Assembly (NCBI GenBank): GCA_900617105.1
Contig: UYFQ01000265.1
Location: 1-64,000, forward strand
Length of the DNA stretch: 64,000 bases
Source: Hydrurus foetidus
Taxonomy: Eukaryota
Direction of reading: 5' to 3'
Shown: positions 37,635 to 50,400 of the stretch, piece after piece
Layout of the letters: the number at the start of each line of letters is the position of its first letter
How positions within the stretch are numbered: position 1 is the stretch's first letter
The notes under the pieces: generated by a model
The model's database searches: none
What the model was told of the DNA's origin: nothing
What the model saw: only the letters and a program-made list of their open reading frames with translations
Made by a program: the position numbers and the translations under genes

Positions 37635-40159
37635 TTAGAGGGAACAGTTTCCGCAATCATCATCATCATCAGCAGCTGCTGCCGCTGCAAGACGTGCCAT
37701 CAGTTTAGTACGAGATTCATCTGCCACGTCATCACCGTCAAAAACGAATTCAGGCAGCTCTGTGTAATCCATCTTCGAAAGATCGAGAGGAGAGCTAGAG
37801 TGGGTGGCTACCCAGTCACTAAGTCCTCTCACAGTCCTATCAAGGAAAAAAGAAGAAAAAACGGGTCAAATTTCCGCCATGCGTGATTGATTTTGTCCAA
37901 AGGGCTATCACATTGCGGTGATTTGTGGCGTAATCAGTTTTCTATCGTTGCCTCACTTACTCACTCGCTGCTTCCTCCCCTCCCTCCCTCACTGCTTCCC
38001 TCCCTCCCTCCCTCCCTCCCTCCCTCCCTCCCTCACTTACCATTCTCCATCGAATTCTATTGGAATGTCTTTGTCGTCTCCTCGCAAATAAAAAAGAGCA
38101 GGAAATCCCTACGCCAGATACATTGCACAAAGATGGAAGTAAATAAAATGTCGCAGCAGTTCACAAAGGAAGTTCAAAAATCATATATCAGAACATTTTC
38201 TATTTGAAATAAAGTGGATACGATGGTTGAAATAGGAACCATGAGAATATCGTGTACTAAATTCAATAAATCCGATCATTGAGAGGTTGCAAAAAAGTCA
38301 TCATTGCATGTAAAACCAATAACTTTCCTCTTTTTCCATTTCAAATGTTTACAAATACAACAAAAATACTCTTAATCTCCGACTAAAGTCAGATGCATTT
38401 CTACCTGTGTTTTCGCCCAGCTGATCATCATTCCTAGTTGAGCATTTTCGATGAGAGAAGCGGGTGTCTTGGATCCGTCAAATACCGCAAATACGATTTC
38501 TTTGCCACTTATCTGAATACAAAATACGAAATACGAAACACAAGTTATTTTTGTAGTTTGCAAAAATTAGCGATTTGTCAACGAATGAGATATCAGCCAA
38601 ATTAATATGAACGAAACCTATTTATGTCATAAATAAACATCCATAGGTCTAAAATTCTTAGATTACACAGATATTGATGACAATGAGTGCAGAACAGTAC
38701 AGTACAGTACAGTACAGTGCAGTACAGTACAGTGCAGTACAGTACAGTACGGTACCTCAGATATCCTCATCGCAACCTCTTCATACACCGGTTTATTTCT
38801 CGCACACAATATACACCATGGCGCATATAAATCAAACAGAACATCTTTGTCTGTCGTAGCTACTAGTTCTTCGTACGTGTCGGCCTCCACAACCGTAACA
38901 CTTTCACCAAATCCTTTTCCTCCAGTATAATCAGTTTCGGCTTTTTTGTGCACATTTTTTCGAAAATCCCAGTCTACGAAATTCTTTCAAATTCAAATTT
39001 TCACAGTAAGAAAAGAAAAAAACGACAAATTAAAAGTAAATTGTGCATATTTACGTCATGGTGAAGAATGATATTCATCGCATACCTGTTTTTTGTTCAC
39101 ATCTATGCAACGTTGAAACCCTCTCGCATCAACAAAGCAATATTCATGCCCATCTAAATCTCTTAGGATAAGAACGTTCTCTCCATGCGGCTCTAAAGCA
39201 ACAGGACCGTGAACTATTCTGCCAGCACCAGATTCCTGAGCTGATTTGGCCCGCACAGCGATTTCTTCCTGGGCTCCATCTTCTGTCTCAATGGCGAACC
39301 TTCCTTGAGATGCTAGGAAATCTAGTGAAGAACCTTCTGCGAGTTGCACCAATACTACACTAGTCTGAGAATTTTCTTTACTTGTTACTGTAGTAGTAGG
39401 AGTGTTCCAATTGCACGTAGCAGTTCCGTCAGAATTCATTTCAACATTTGCTCCGAAGACATCTTCATAAAATCTAGCAGAAGAAGCGAGATCGGATACA
39501 TGGATTTGTACAGCAGATATGCAGCTTCTTACATCCGTAACACCAGCATCATTCTTAGCTCTGTCTTCTACGAGATGTAGCCAGTGACCATCAGGAGTTT
39601 CGATGAATTTCCTTCCTTGAGGATCCTCTCCAATTAAAGAAGTACTTCCACAGAAAGACGAGAAGTCGATATCTATCGACCTCAAATCATTTCCACGCTC
39701 GTACTTGTTGACTCCATAGTTATATACAAGCTCCAAACAGAAGGATTCTCCTTCCCCGGGTTCAGGTCCCACCATGGTCTTTGACCAAGCTCCTCCGTAA
39801 GGGCCATTGCAAGTGGCCTCGCAACCAGAAGAGAACTCCTCGTGTCGATAGACTCCAAAATCAAAGTTCTTTTCATAGAAGGCCAATGTATCCTCTAAAT
39901 GTGAAACCTTCTGCACCCAATGCAAAGGCCTTCTGTAACCTGTCGTAGTCCATCCAACTTGTTCAAGATTAGTCGCTACTGATTCTGATGAAGCGCTGAT
40001 AGAAGTACGGCTTGATGTTCTGCTTGCATTCTGCCCTCTCCGAAGAATCCGTTTTGACTGTACTGCTCTCAAGGCTGACAGTCGATAATCACTATTGCTG
40101 GTGAAACCATGGCAGTATCCTATGGCTATGTACAGTAAACATAAGCGACTGGAAAGCAT
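37635..40159 (-). CDS. GLOD4-like glyoxalase/VOC protein fused to a thioredoxin domain, predicted plastid-targeted, 5 exons, ~559 aa
   Basis: Exons 40159-39086, 38983-38756, 38512-38405, 38108-38041 and 37836-37635 splice in frame. GLOD4 motifs: RRPLHWVQKV, RHEEFSSGCEATCNGPYGGAWSKTMVG, LELVYNYG..YERGND, DLDGHEYCFV. Thioredoxin motifs: DLYAPWCILC and GFPALF. Confidence 0.85.
38693..38755. repeat. (CAGTA)n pentamer repeat at an intron 5' end
   Basis: Directly visible; sense-strand (TACTG)n lies right after the GT donor. Confidence 0.9.
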
Positions 40160-41408
40160 TTTTACGATCGCAACTACCGGGTTCTCCAACTTGATGGTTA
40201 GATTTCTAATCCCCAGAGAGAGTGCTACCCAAGTGATGGGGCTGCAGACGTCAATGCGTGGTAGGTTCTACCCATATGACAGTGATATTCAACCCATCTT
40301 GCAAATGATTCATGATTCAGTCATCCTCTCCCCGAGTTCTGAGTTTGGTCCTTGTGGTCATCCTCTGGCAGCAAGAAAACCGGATAGATTATTTTTTAAA
40401 AGTCCGTTTCTCTTTCCGTAGGAGGAAGATAATATCATATATCATAAAGGACTTTTGCGTCGTTGTTATTATTCAGGGGGACAAACTTCAAAATGCTGCT
40501 GAGTTCTGCAATTAAATGGGAGAAGATTAAGTGAGAGCGGAATGGGTACAGATTTATTTAATACCGATTCAAATCACCTCTTGCTACATCGCGATAAGAT
40601 GTTCGATAACAGTTTGCACCCAAAAACCGTGGAGATGCTCATGTCAAGATGTGAGAGTTTAAAAGGCGTCTTCCAGAGCTGATCACATATTTCGTACTTT
40701 TGATTACAAATTACCTCTACAACAGGATCTGTTGTCCGCGAAATTCGAAATTTGTCCTTTCTCTAGCTGATTCCCTGATTATCTCAAGATCCACTAATCT
40801 AGAGATCACCACTGATCGACGCATTCGGCGCATGGAGAAATCAGTTACCCTAAAAACAGCATGATTAGTAATTAGTACAGAGTAGGATAGAAGCACCGAG
40901 GAAAATCCAAGTTGGGTTAAAATTAAAATTATGTATTATTGCTTCCATGCTGCGAGATAGGAACGCTATGGACAATAACAGACAATCTTGCTTGTTGGCA
41001 GCTTTACCATCAAGATTATTATCGTTGAATATACGACATGGTAACTACGTCAGCGTATGCTTCTTTTTTTTGAATAATTTCTGGCGTAGATCGGTCTACC
41101 AGAATGCCAACCCAAATTTTGACTGTTTTACTGTTTTATGGGGTTTAGGCCACAATTCACCGCAATCATACTGCTGAAGTTTAAAAGTCGTGTTTTTATT
41201 GCTCACGCGATATAATAGACTTATCACTGTAGCAGCAACTTTGGGAAACCTTGGATATATTCGAGAGATGAGTGCTGGTGAAATGCAATCTTGAATATAT
41301 TTGTTGGATGACTATGCGGTAGTAAGAAAACTTCCGCATAATTCATTTTGGTTCCTTCAGAAGTAGGAAGGTCGTAACTTCTTGTAATACCCGTGGCGGA
41401 GGCTCAAA

Positions 41409-44400
41409 ATGGAATCCAAATTGAAGGCAGATAGAGTGAAGATTTTTCTTCCCGACAATGATCTTGTATGGATTAGTGCCGACATTATTGAAGAAGTCGC
41501 TCCGGGCGAATATGAGATAGAGGTTGATGACGACGACTATGATTCGAAGAAACCAAAACGGAGGAGAATCACAATGCAAACCCTTTGTAGAAGTGTTGAG
41601 TCACTCCCCCTCCAAAATAAGAATATGACCGAAAGAGGTGTTGAGGACATGTGTACGCTGGATTATTTGCACGAGCCTAGCATTCTTGACAACCTCAGGC
41701 GGAGACACAAGAGTTGTTTGCCATACACGTACACCGGAGATATTTGCATCGCGGTATGATATGTCACTATTCTGCTGATATGCAATTACACATAGTAGAT
41801 TTCGACCAAATTTCAGCTAACATCTGTCCTTTTTTTTATGTGTTTCAGATCAATCCGTATCAGTGGCTGGACATCTACACCAACGAGTCGAGGTAAGTAC
41901 AACACATTGCCTTCATCGCAATAGGCATCAACTATACTCATATTGAAAATGATGGGTAAGATGTAGAGATGAAGATTAATCGCATTAATATTTTGAATGT
42001 GCAGCTCTTAGTCGAACTATTTTTTACGATCGATTATGTTCCCAGGGATTTGCATACAATTCACGTACGTAAGGAACTAAGTCCGCATGCGTACGCCACT
42101 TCAGCGCAGGCATACAAGGGTCTGAGGGATAATAATTGCGATCAAAGGTTGTCCTCATTTCAATCGAAAAAAAACTAAATTACTGACTAATTCATGTACA
42201 TCAGTGAAAATTCATCCTTGTTTCATTGAATTATTTTAGTATTCTTGTAAGTGGCGAGAGTGGAGCAGGAAAAACGGAAACTGTCAAGATTTTAATGGGT
42301 CACATCGCCCACATAAGTGGACGCTTAAACGTGACTGCGATTGACAAAGTAAGATAATAATCTCCGATATTTTCGAAAGTTGGGTATCTGTAATACGCAA
42401 GAGAGTTCATCATGACTCTGTCAGTATGGATTCATACGTATAAATGATGCGTAAGGCGAAAATAACCGACAGTAATTTATATTATTCGCCATCTAATTCA
42501 TGTTATTAGGTTCTAAAAGCGAATCCTCTGTTGGAAAGTTTTGGCAATGCAAAAACTTCAAGAAATGATAATTCATCAAGATTTGGTACGACATTCTGAT
42601 TAATTTTTCACTCTTTGTTTACTCGTTCCTATCTTATGTGCTTTTAATTTACACCAAAAGAGCTATACCGCGCAATGTCTTGACGATTGAATTAGTGTTG
42701 TTTTGTCTGACCAATGAAACTACATCGCTTAATGATGCACTTCTTTTTTACTTTATTCTGCAATAAACACTCTTGCTATCTTTCCTAACAAATTTATAAT
42801 GCATAATTAACAAACAGGAAAATTTACTCGGCTGCAATTTGATAAAAATTATATGTTGGCGGGGAGCAGATGCGTCACATATCTTCTAGAAAAGGTAAAG
42901 CGCAGTGGGGTGTAGTGTAGTAGAGGGAAGGTGTAATGTACTGTACTGATCTGTACTGTAGTTCAGTGTACTGTACCGTACTGTAGTTCAGTGCAGTGTA
43001 GCGTAGTGTGCTGTACTTTACTGTAGTGTAGTTCAGTGCAGTGTAGTGTAGTGTAGTGTAGTGTGCTGTACTTTAGTGCAGTCCAGTGTAGTGTGGTGTA
43101 GTGTAGTGTAGTGTATTGTATTGTAACACAGTGTAGTGTGGAGTAGTGGAGTGTAATGTAGTGTAATTGATGGTGTCGCGTAGTTTAACACTTAGTTTAC
43201 TGTTATGTACGACGAGAGAAGTATGAAATGTCCCACTTAGTTAAAATAAGGAGGATTGTACTGTACCATATTTGCTGTGAGGCATTTATGACTTCCCCTC
43301 ATATCTCGTAGATGCATACTAGAAGGGTGGTGTGGCATTTTCTAAGATATATGTGATGTCTGATCTTATGATACAGACTCACTCGGTGCTGTTGGGATCG
43401 CTTCAACTTGTTTGTAAAATCGCACGTCAAAGTACCGTAAAATGTGGCTGAAGTGAGGCACTCATCAGACCATTATTTCACTCATAATTTTTATTATTTT
43501 ACCAGCTTGATCATTCTTATTTTTTCAAACTTTTTTACATTTTTAGAGTAGAGTAATCAGTCAGAGCGGGCTGGAAAGAAATTACCACATATTCCACCAG
43601 GTGATAATGCAGCATCTATAGACGCTGATTCGCCATACCAATTTCTCTTTGTTCCCATATTCCCATCATTAGAGTGTTTTTGCAAACCCGATTTCGCACG
43701 CAGTTTCTCAGTACTGCTTGTCGTTTATGCACTCAAATTCAAATTCACCGTTACGTCACGCTCCTCAATCCGTGTGTGGTGCGAATTGTCCAAAAACGGG
43801 TTTGCAAAAACACTTTATTGATTCTTCAATTTTTAGTGCCTTTTTTAATATTACATATTATCATCTTTTCTTTGTCCATAAACAAAGTTTCGTGTGTTTT
43901 TTTATCTCTTTTATCTCTATCTCTCTTTCTTTCTTTCTTTCTTTCATATCCTATCGTATGATCATTTTTAATTATCTGATGATTCTTAATTCCGTGATAT
44001 TTGATAATGTCCTTCCAAGATATACGCTGCACCGGAAAGCATCAAAAGTTCCCTACACCTATCCGGCCTCGACTGTTCTCACTTCCGATATACTGGAATG
44101 GGGGACTTAAATACTAAAACAATAGAAGATGTGCCAGATGGCATACGGTTTTTACAAACAATGCAAGTGCTGGAATTGCTTGGAATCGGTGTTGAATTAC
44201 AAAACGATTTACAACGGATTTTAGCGGGTATTTTGTATTTGGGTCAAATACCGTTTTTAGGCGATACGGATAATTCGTACATCGATCCTGCATCACATTC
44301 CGATGCGCTTAAATGCTGCGATTTGTTAGGATTAGAACAGTCTGCCTTTTATAAGAACACGACTGTTAGGAGGATTAAGACTAGTGAGCAAGAAATGCTG

Positions 44401-47400
44401 GTTAGTCTTTCGATGGACCAAGCTTCCGATGGGAGAGATGCCTTGGCGAAAGATACGTATGACAGATTGTTTCAGTGGCTTGTAGTTGCTATCAACGACA
44501 GCACTGCAGCACATGGAATGGAAAGGTCAGATCCTGTGCATTTCATCACGTTGACTTTGTTGTTCGTTCGTTCATTTTATTTCTTTTTTGCCATCTAGGC
44601 ACTTTTATTTTCTTCACTGTAGTATATTTTATCATTTACATACACTTCTTTTCTTTAATTTCTTTTTATTATTCATTTTCTATCTTTCCCATCTATCTAA
44701 ATTCATGTGTTCAATCTGTTGAATTTAATTTACAAATCCTATATCTCATATTCTGATGTTAGATGTGAGTAATCACTCGAGCACCATTTGGCTTATACAT
44801 CACCGATTATTCTCCAGTCTACCTTTTTTCTCTCAATCCATTTCTCTCTTTCCTTATTTTCGTTGATTCATTCATCATTTCTTCCACAGCTCTATCTATC
44901 TTATTATCTTACTTTCTCCCTTATTTTAATATATTTTACTTACTCTCTTCTCAGAGTTCACTGACTAAAAATCCACTAAATACCCGTCAACTTATCTCAC
45001 CTTGCAATTCAGTGTCACACCTTACCTCCATCTTAATAACCGCAAGATGGAGGTACCTTATCAATTACCGTATTAATTACCGTATTGATTATTCACCATT
45101 TTGACTTATCGATCCACTTTTCATCTTTTTTTTCAGCAATGAAAAAATCATCGCTTTACTCGACATTTTTGGGTTTGAGAGTTTTGAGGTACGTACTGTA
45201 CTGTACGTACAACACTTACGAAGAATTCAGTAATGAAGCTTGATATTTATCCTAGTATTCTTTTTCTGTTTCTCACGAAGTGCAAACTCCTTCCTCCTTT
45301 TCTCCCATTCTTTTTTTGATATTTTTTGCCTTCTGTAGCTCAATTTTTATTCTCTGTCGACTTTTTATTCTACCCACTCACACACACATTATCTCCATCT
45401 CCATCCGACAGATCAACCGATTTGAACAGCTCTGCATAAACTATGCCAACGAAAAACTTCAACAACGATTCACCGAAGATGTTTTCAAAGCGGTACAAGC
45501 AGAATATCAGGCAGAAGGAATTAGATGGGAATTAATTCATTATGAAGACAACGCTGACGTACTTGAACTTTTGGAAGGCAGACTGGGAATTCTGGACCTA
45601 TTGAATGAAGAGGTGGAATCTAGATCCTGAATTCTTTTTCAATGCATTTTTACCAATTTGTTTGATGATGACTGCCGTGAACCTGTTTCTGTGAGTGTGA
45701 CGGTGCATTTGCATTTGACTGTGCACGTCAGCATGCACGCATATGTACCATGAAAGCGTTTCAAGGTTGTGTGATTGCCTTATCCGTTGATATCGTGGAG
45801 GCAAATGTGTGTGTGTGCGATTGTACGTCATTTCAGAAGATTGTCAGTGTTGTTCCGTTATTCTCGAATAATTTGTAGGCGATTGGAATGTGTGTCACAT
45901 CATGTCATCCTCTTATCTGTCACGCTCTTCACACATCATATTTCTTTCTTCTTCTCAATCACCACTACCTTCTTCTAGTGCCTCGTGCCGAGAGGCAGTG
46001 ATGCGAATTTCTTGGCGAAGATATCTTTGAACAACGTGAAGCATCCTTGCTTCACCTCAAGAGGACTGGATTTGAAGAGGTACGTACGTACTTACGAACG
46101 AGCATACGTTCTTACAATTGTCATGTAAATTTATTTTATTTTTTAATGCAATGCGTTCAGGAGGTCATCTATATCATCATCGATGATGTAGCGTTTCATT
46201 CTATTGTTTATTACTTTTTATATCGAAACAATATGTGCCTCTTCGCTTCATTACAATCATTGATATCAACATTGATATTAATGATGATATTATAATTTCT
46301 ACTGTCATTACTCCCGATATTTATTACCATTGTTGATAATGATTTTTCTCTCTTCTTCTCATACCTATAGGGATGAATTTCGCATCACCCACTATGCTGG
46401 AAAAGTGACATACAGGTAATGTGTTAATCTCGTACTGAATAACGCTGATGGTGACTGGCTTCTTGCATCGTACATTAATTCTTTTCACCGGCATTAATTA
46501 GTCGTACGTATGCTCTGTTATCATCTGCATATATTATATTGTATTATATTATATTATGCAGATCACTTAATTCTCTTTTTCTTTTTTTATTCAAATCTGC
46601 CTTCATCATAACTTCTTGAAATGTTTCAATTGTGCAGTACGGTTGGATTCATGGACCGCAACAGAGACGCGATTCCATCCGAATTGAAACAATTGATGCT
46701 CACAACTTCAAATAAGCTGCTACATCAGATATTCGCGATGGATAACTTACCCGAAGAAAAAAGGAGAAGGCAAAGCTTTTTAAAAGCTGATACTGTAACG
46801 ACAAAATTCAAATCCCAATTATCCGCCCTTATGGACTCGATTACTGGAACGGACGTACAGTACGTGCGTTGCATTAAACCAAATTCGGCTAAAAGTCGAA
46901 AAACATTCGACCGAAATATGGTGAGTGGATGCGTTATGACGGTTTCCGTCGATAATTCGTGAACAAGATTTGTTTCGAGTATGTTAAAAAAACAATTTGC
47001 TCGACTGCATTAATCTGAAATATGATAACTATCGGCAAACATGTCCAAGTCTGAATTTGAACACTGTTTCAAATTTCCTGAATCCTTCATTAAAATTTTT
47101 TTGTTCAATAGATGACTATGTTTTTCTTCAACAAAATTGGCTTTTACCACTTTCATATATCAATTTTTCTCTCTATATCATTGGAATTCTTAGGACGAAC
47201 TTCTTATCATATTTTGCTCACGTTTTAATACCGTTTATGACCTCATTATATGTAGGTTGTGGAGCAATTGAGGTCAGCTGGTGTGATCGCTGCAATTAAA
47301 ATCAGCAGAGCAGCATATCCGTATAGAATCTCGCACGGGTACGAATATTAAAATATTGAAACATGCGAGAACTTTTTTGTTTCTTCTATTTGTAGTATAC

Positions 47401-50400
47401 ATTCATCTTGATCACCTAGAATTTATGAAGATAATCTATAAGGACAAAATAGATGAGATTGTCTTATTCATACAAAATATGCAGTAAAAATCTGTATGTT
47501 GCGTTTTCTTCATGCGTCAAATTTGTTTTCTATCTCTATTGAAGTCTTCTTTTTCTATTTCCTTTTTTTCTTATCTTCTTCGAGTTTGATGACAAATTGT
47601 GGACACTCTAATCCCATTTTTGATTCTTTTTTTTGCTGAAATATTCTTAGTGAATTTGTGGATCGTTTCAAAGGTCTGAGGTCTACCAGTTGGCTCAGAA
47701 AAATAGGCGCGAACAGTCCCAGTTTAGTTTGCAAATTGTTATTGGAAGACGTAATGAAGAACTTAACTGTTGAGGAGAAAGCGAAATTAGCCTCGTTAGG
47801 AAAGGGCAGCAAAGTGAGTTGAGAAATATGTTATGTCATTGTTAATGTCTTCGTGTGATGTTATTGTGTAATGTCAGCTTATACCGCCACATATCGTTTA
47901 TTTTGTATGCGATATTATGTCATCTTAAGTGCCAGTTTCGTACCTTATCTGTCCTTACCTTACCTATTTAATCTTATCTTGCCTTACCTCATCTTATTCT
48001 ACCTTCACGCTTATCTTATTATATCTTATCTTTCCTTATTTCAGTTCACTTCCTCTAACCCCTCCCACTTCTCACCATCACACACGCACTACTCCTCACA
48101 CAGCAACATATGTCCGTATACGAACTCGGACGTACAAAAGTATTCTTCTCCATGGGTGTGTTGGAATTACTCGAAGGAATAAGAGGTACAATAGTACACA
48201 TACAAGCGAAAATAATACAGCGGTCTTACAGAGGAAGTAGACAAAGAAGAATATACGGCATAATGAAAAGGTATTTGTAAGTTGTGCAAATGACTGTGAT
48301 TGTGTGCGTTTTTGAATGTTTTTTGTTATTGTGAGTGTGGCTTCTTTTTTAGTATGTAATCGAAGATTTTTCATTTCTGAGGGCATCTACCATCTCTTAC
48401 TGATTACGTTTACTATTGCTCATATTCATCACAAGTACTATAGATGTCTGCCATTTTCCATTTTTAAACTATTTGATAATTCTTACTTTCACTTATTGTT
48501 ATTATTATTATCATTATTATTATTATTTTATTATTATTATTAATATTATCATTATTATTATCATCATTATTATTATTATTATTATTATCATTATTATTTT
48601 ATTATTATTATTAATATTATTATTATTATTATCATCATTATTATTATTATTATTATCATTATGAAGTGTATATTCAATAGAATCAATTGCAACTATCACA
48701 TAATTATGATTCATCATACTACACAAATACAACAGATGTGCGGCAATTATTAAAAAATCATTACAAGGCTGGAGATATCGAGGAAGGTTTCTTAAATTAA
48801 GAAGAGCGCTCACAGCCTTGCAGTGTATATGCAGAATGGTCATAGCGAAGAAGATTCTGAAAAACAAAAAATATATATTCCTAATAACTCGTGTGCAGTC
48901 TTGGTATCGAATGTTCAAACCGAGAAGAACATTCCGAAAGAAGGTTCTAGCATCAATCGTTTTGAGCGCATATATGAGGATGTTTCTTCAAAAAATCAAA
49001 TTCACTACAATGATCAACGATATACGAGAAAATAATAAACTAAGCACCCAACTTGATTTTTTGAAAAATCAGCTTCAACAAGAAGCAGAAGCTCGACTCC
49101 TTGCTGAGAAGGTTTGTGGGTTTTTGCATTGCATGCTGATTTCATAATTCATTATCTCGATGTATTTCTATTTTGTGCGTGGTGATTATTTAAAGCTTCC
49201 TATTATTTCGAAATATTATTTTTCGTCTTTATTTTGGATTCACCTGAAACATTTTTTATATTTTTACACTTTTTCATTTTTTGTCTTTTATTTTTTATTA
49301 CTTATTTATAATGTTTATTTATTTGTTTATTTATTCATTGATTTAATAGATTATTTATTCATTTGTTTCAGGTTGTGGCAGAAACCCTTGCAAAGGATAA
49401 AGAAAAATCAGAAAGAGAAAAAGTAGAATTGCTTGGCACAGCTGAGGTTGAAAAAGCGGAAATTCGAGAAGAAGTGAGATTACTGCTAGAGCAAGAGAGA
49501 ATAAAAGCAAAAGAAGAGCAAGAAGTGCTGCGAGCACAAATGGTGCTACAAGCTGCACAAAGCCAAGAAAGAGAAATTGCACTCAGAGAATTGTATCTGG
49601 AGATATCAAGGCTGAAAGCCGAGAAGGCAGCAAGTGTTGCGTCCGCAGAGGAAGAGAGAAAAAAAGTCGCGGAGAGAAGAGCAGAGATTGCCAGTGCGGC
49701 TGCGGCTGCCGCGATTAAATCGGCTGAATTGGCCGCAATAAAAGCGGCCAACGCGGCTGCCGCTGTTGCTGCTGCTGCTGCTGAGTTGGAAAGAAAAAAA
49801 GAAGAGGAGAGAAAAAAAGAAGAGGAGAGAAAAAAAGAAGAGGAGGTATTGAAGTTACAAGCAATGATGGATCCCGCTGCAAAGCAAAAAGAAGAAGACG
49901 ACTTGTTAGCTGAATATTTGGCGAAGTTGCCCAAGTCAAGAGCGGGTGTAAAGTATTATGACAATGGCGTGAGCAGTGTTGACAACAATGGTGGCAGTGA
50001 TGTGATGAGGAGGAGAAATGATGATGTTACTTATACCGGAAATAGCCGTGTATATGTGGCCGGAACCGTTTCACACCGCCCACACAGCAAGACAGCACTC
50101 ACTCTAGACTGCAGCAGCGACAGAACAAGTGTCGACACAAACAACGAATCAAGTATACAATACATCACGGATAATAATTGCATTGAAAGTGGTAGAACTG
50201 CAACGTCATCAAGTTCTATTGACGGAATGGTTTCTCGGAATGAGTTCCAAAGTCCGCACCTGAAAGGGAACGGACAAACGGACAGTCTGGAATCTATTTC
50301 AAGTCTGACCCCGGTTCCTCACTCTAAAGATGATGATGGATTTTTTTCGTCTTTTGGGAACATGATGAGTTTTGGCAATATCGGAAATGGAAATGGAAAA

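Noticed and set aside
37635..37655. CaaX or PTS1 signal at the GLOD4-thioredoxin C-terminus (NCSL)
   Set aside because: The Cys is at -3 rather than -4, and CSL lacks the basic residue of PTS1.
49368..49934. 188-aa antisense ORF and similar short antisense ORFs across the window
   Set aside because: Shadows of low-complexity coding sequence on the opposite strand.
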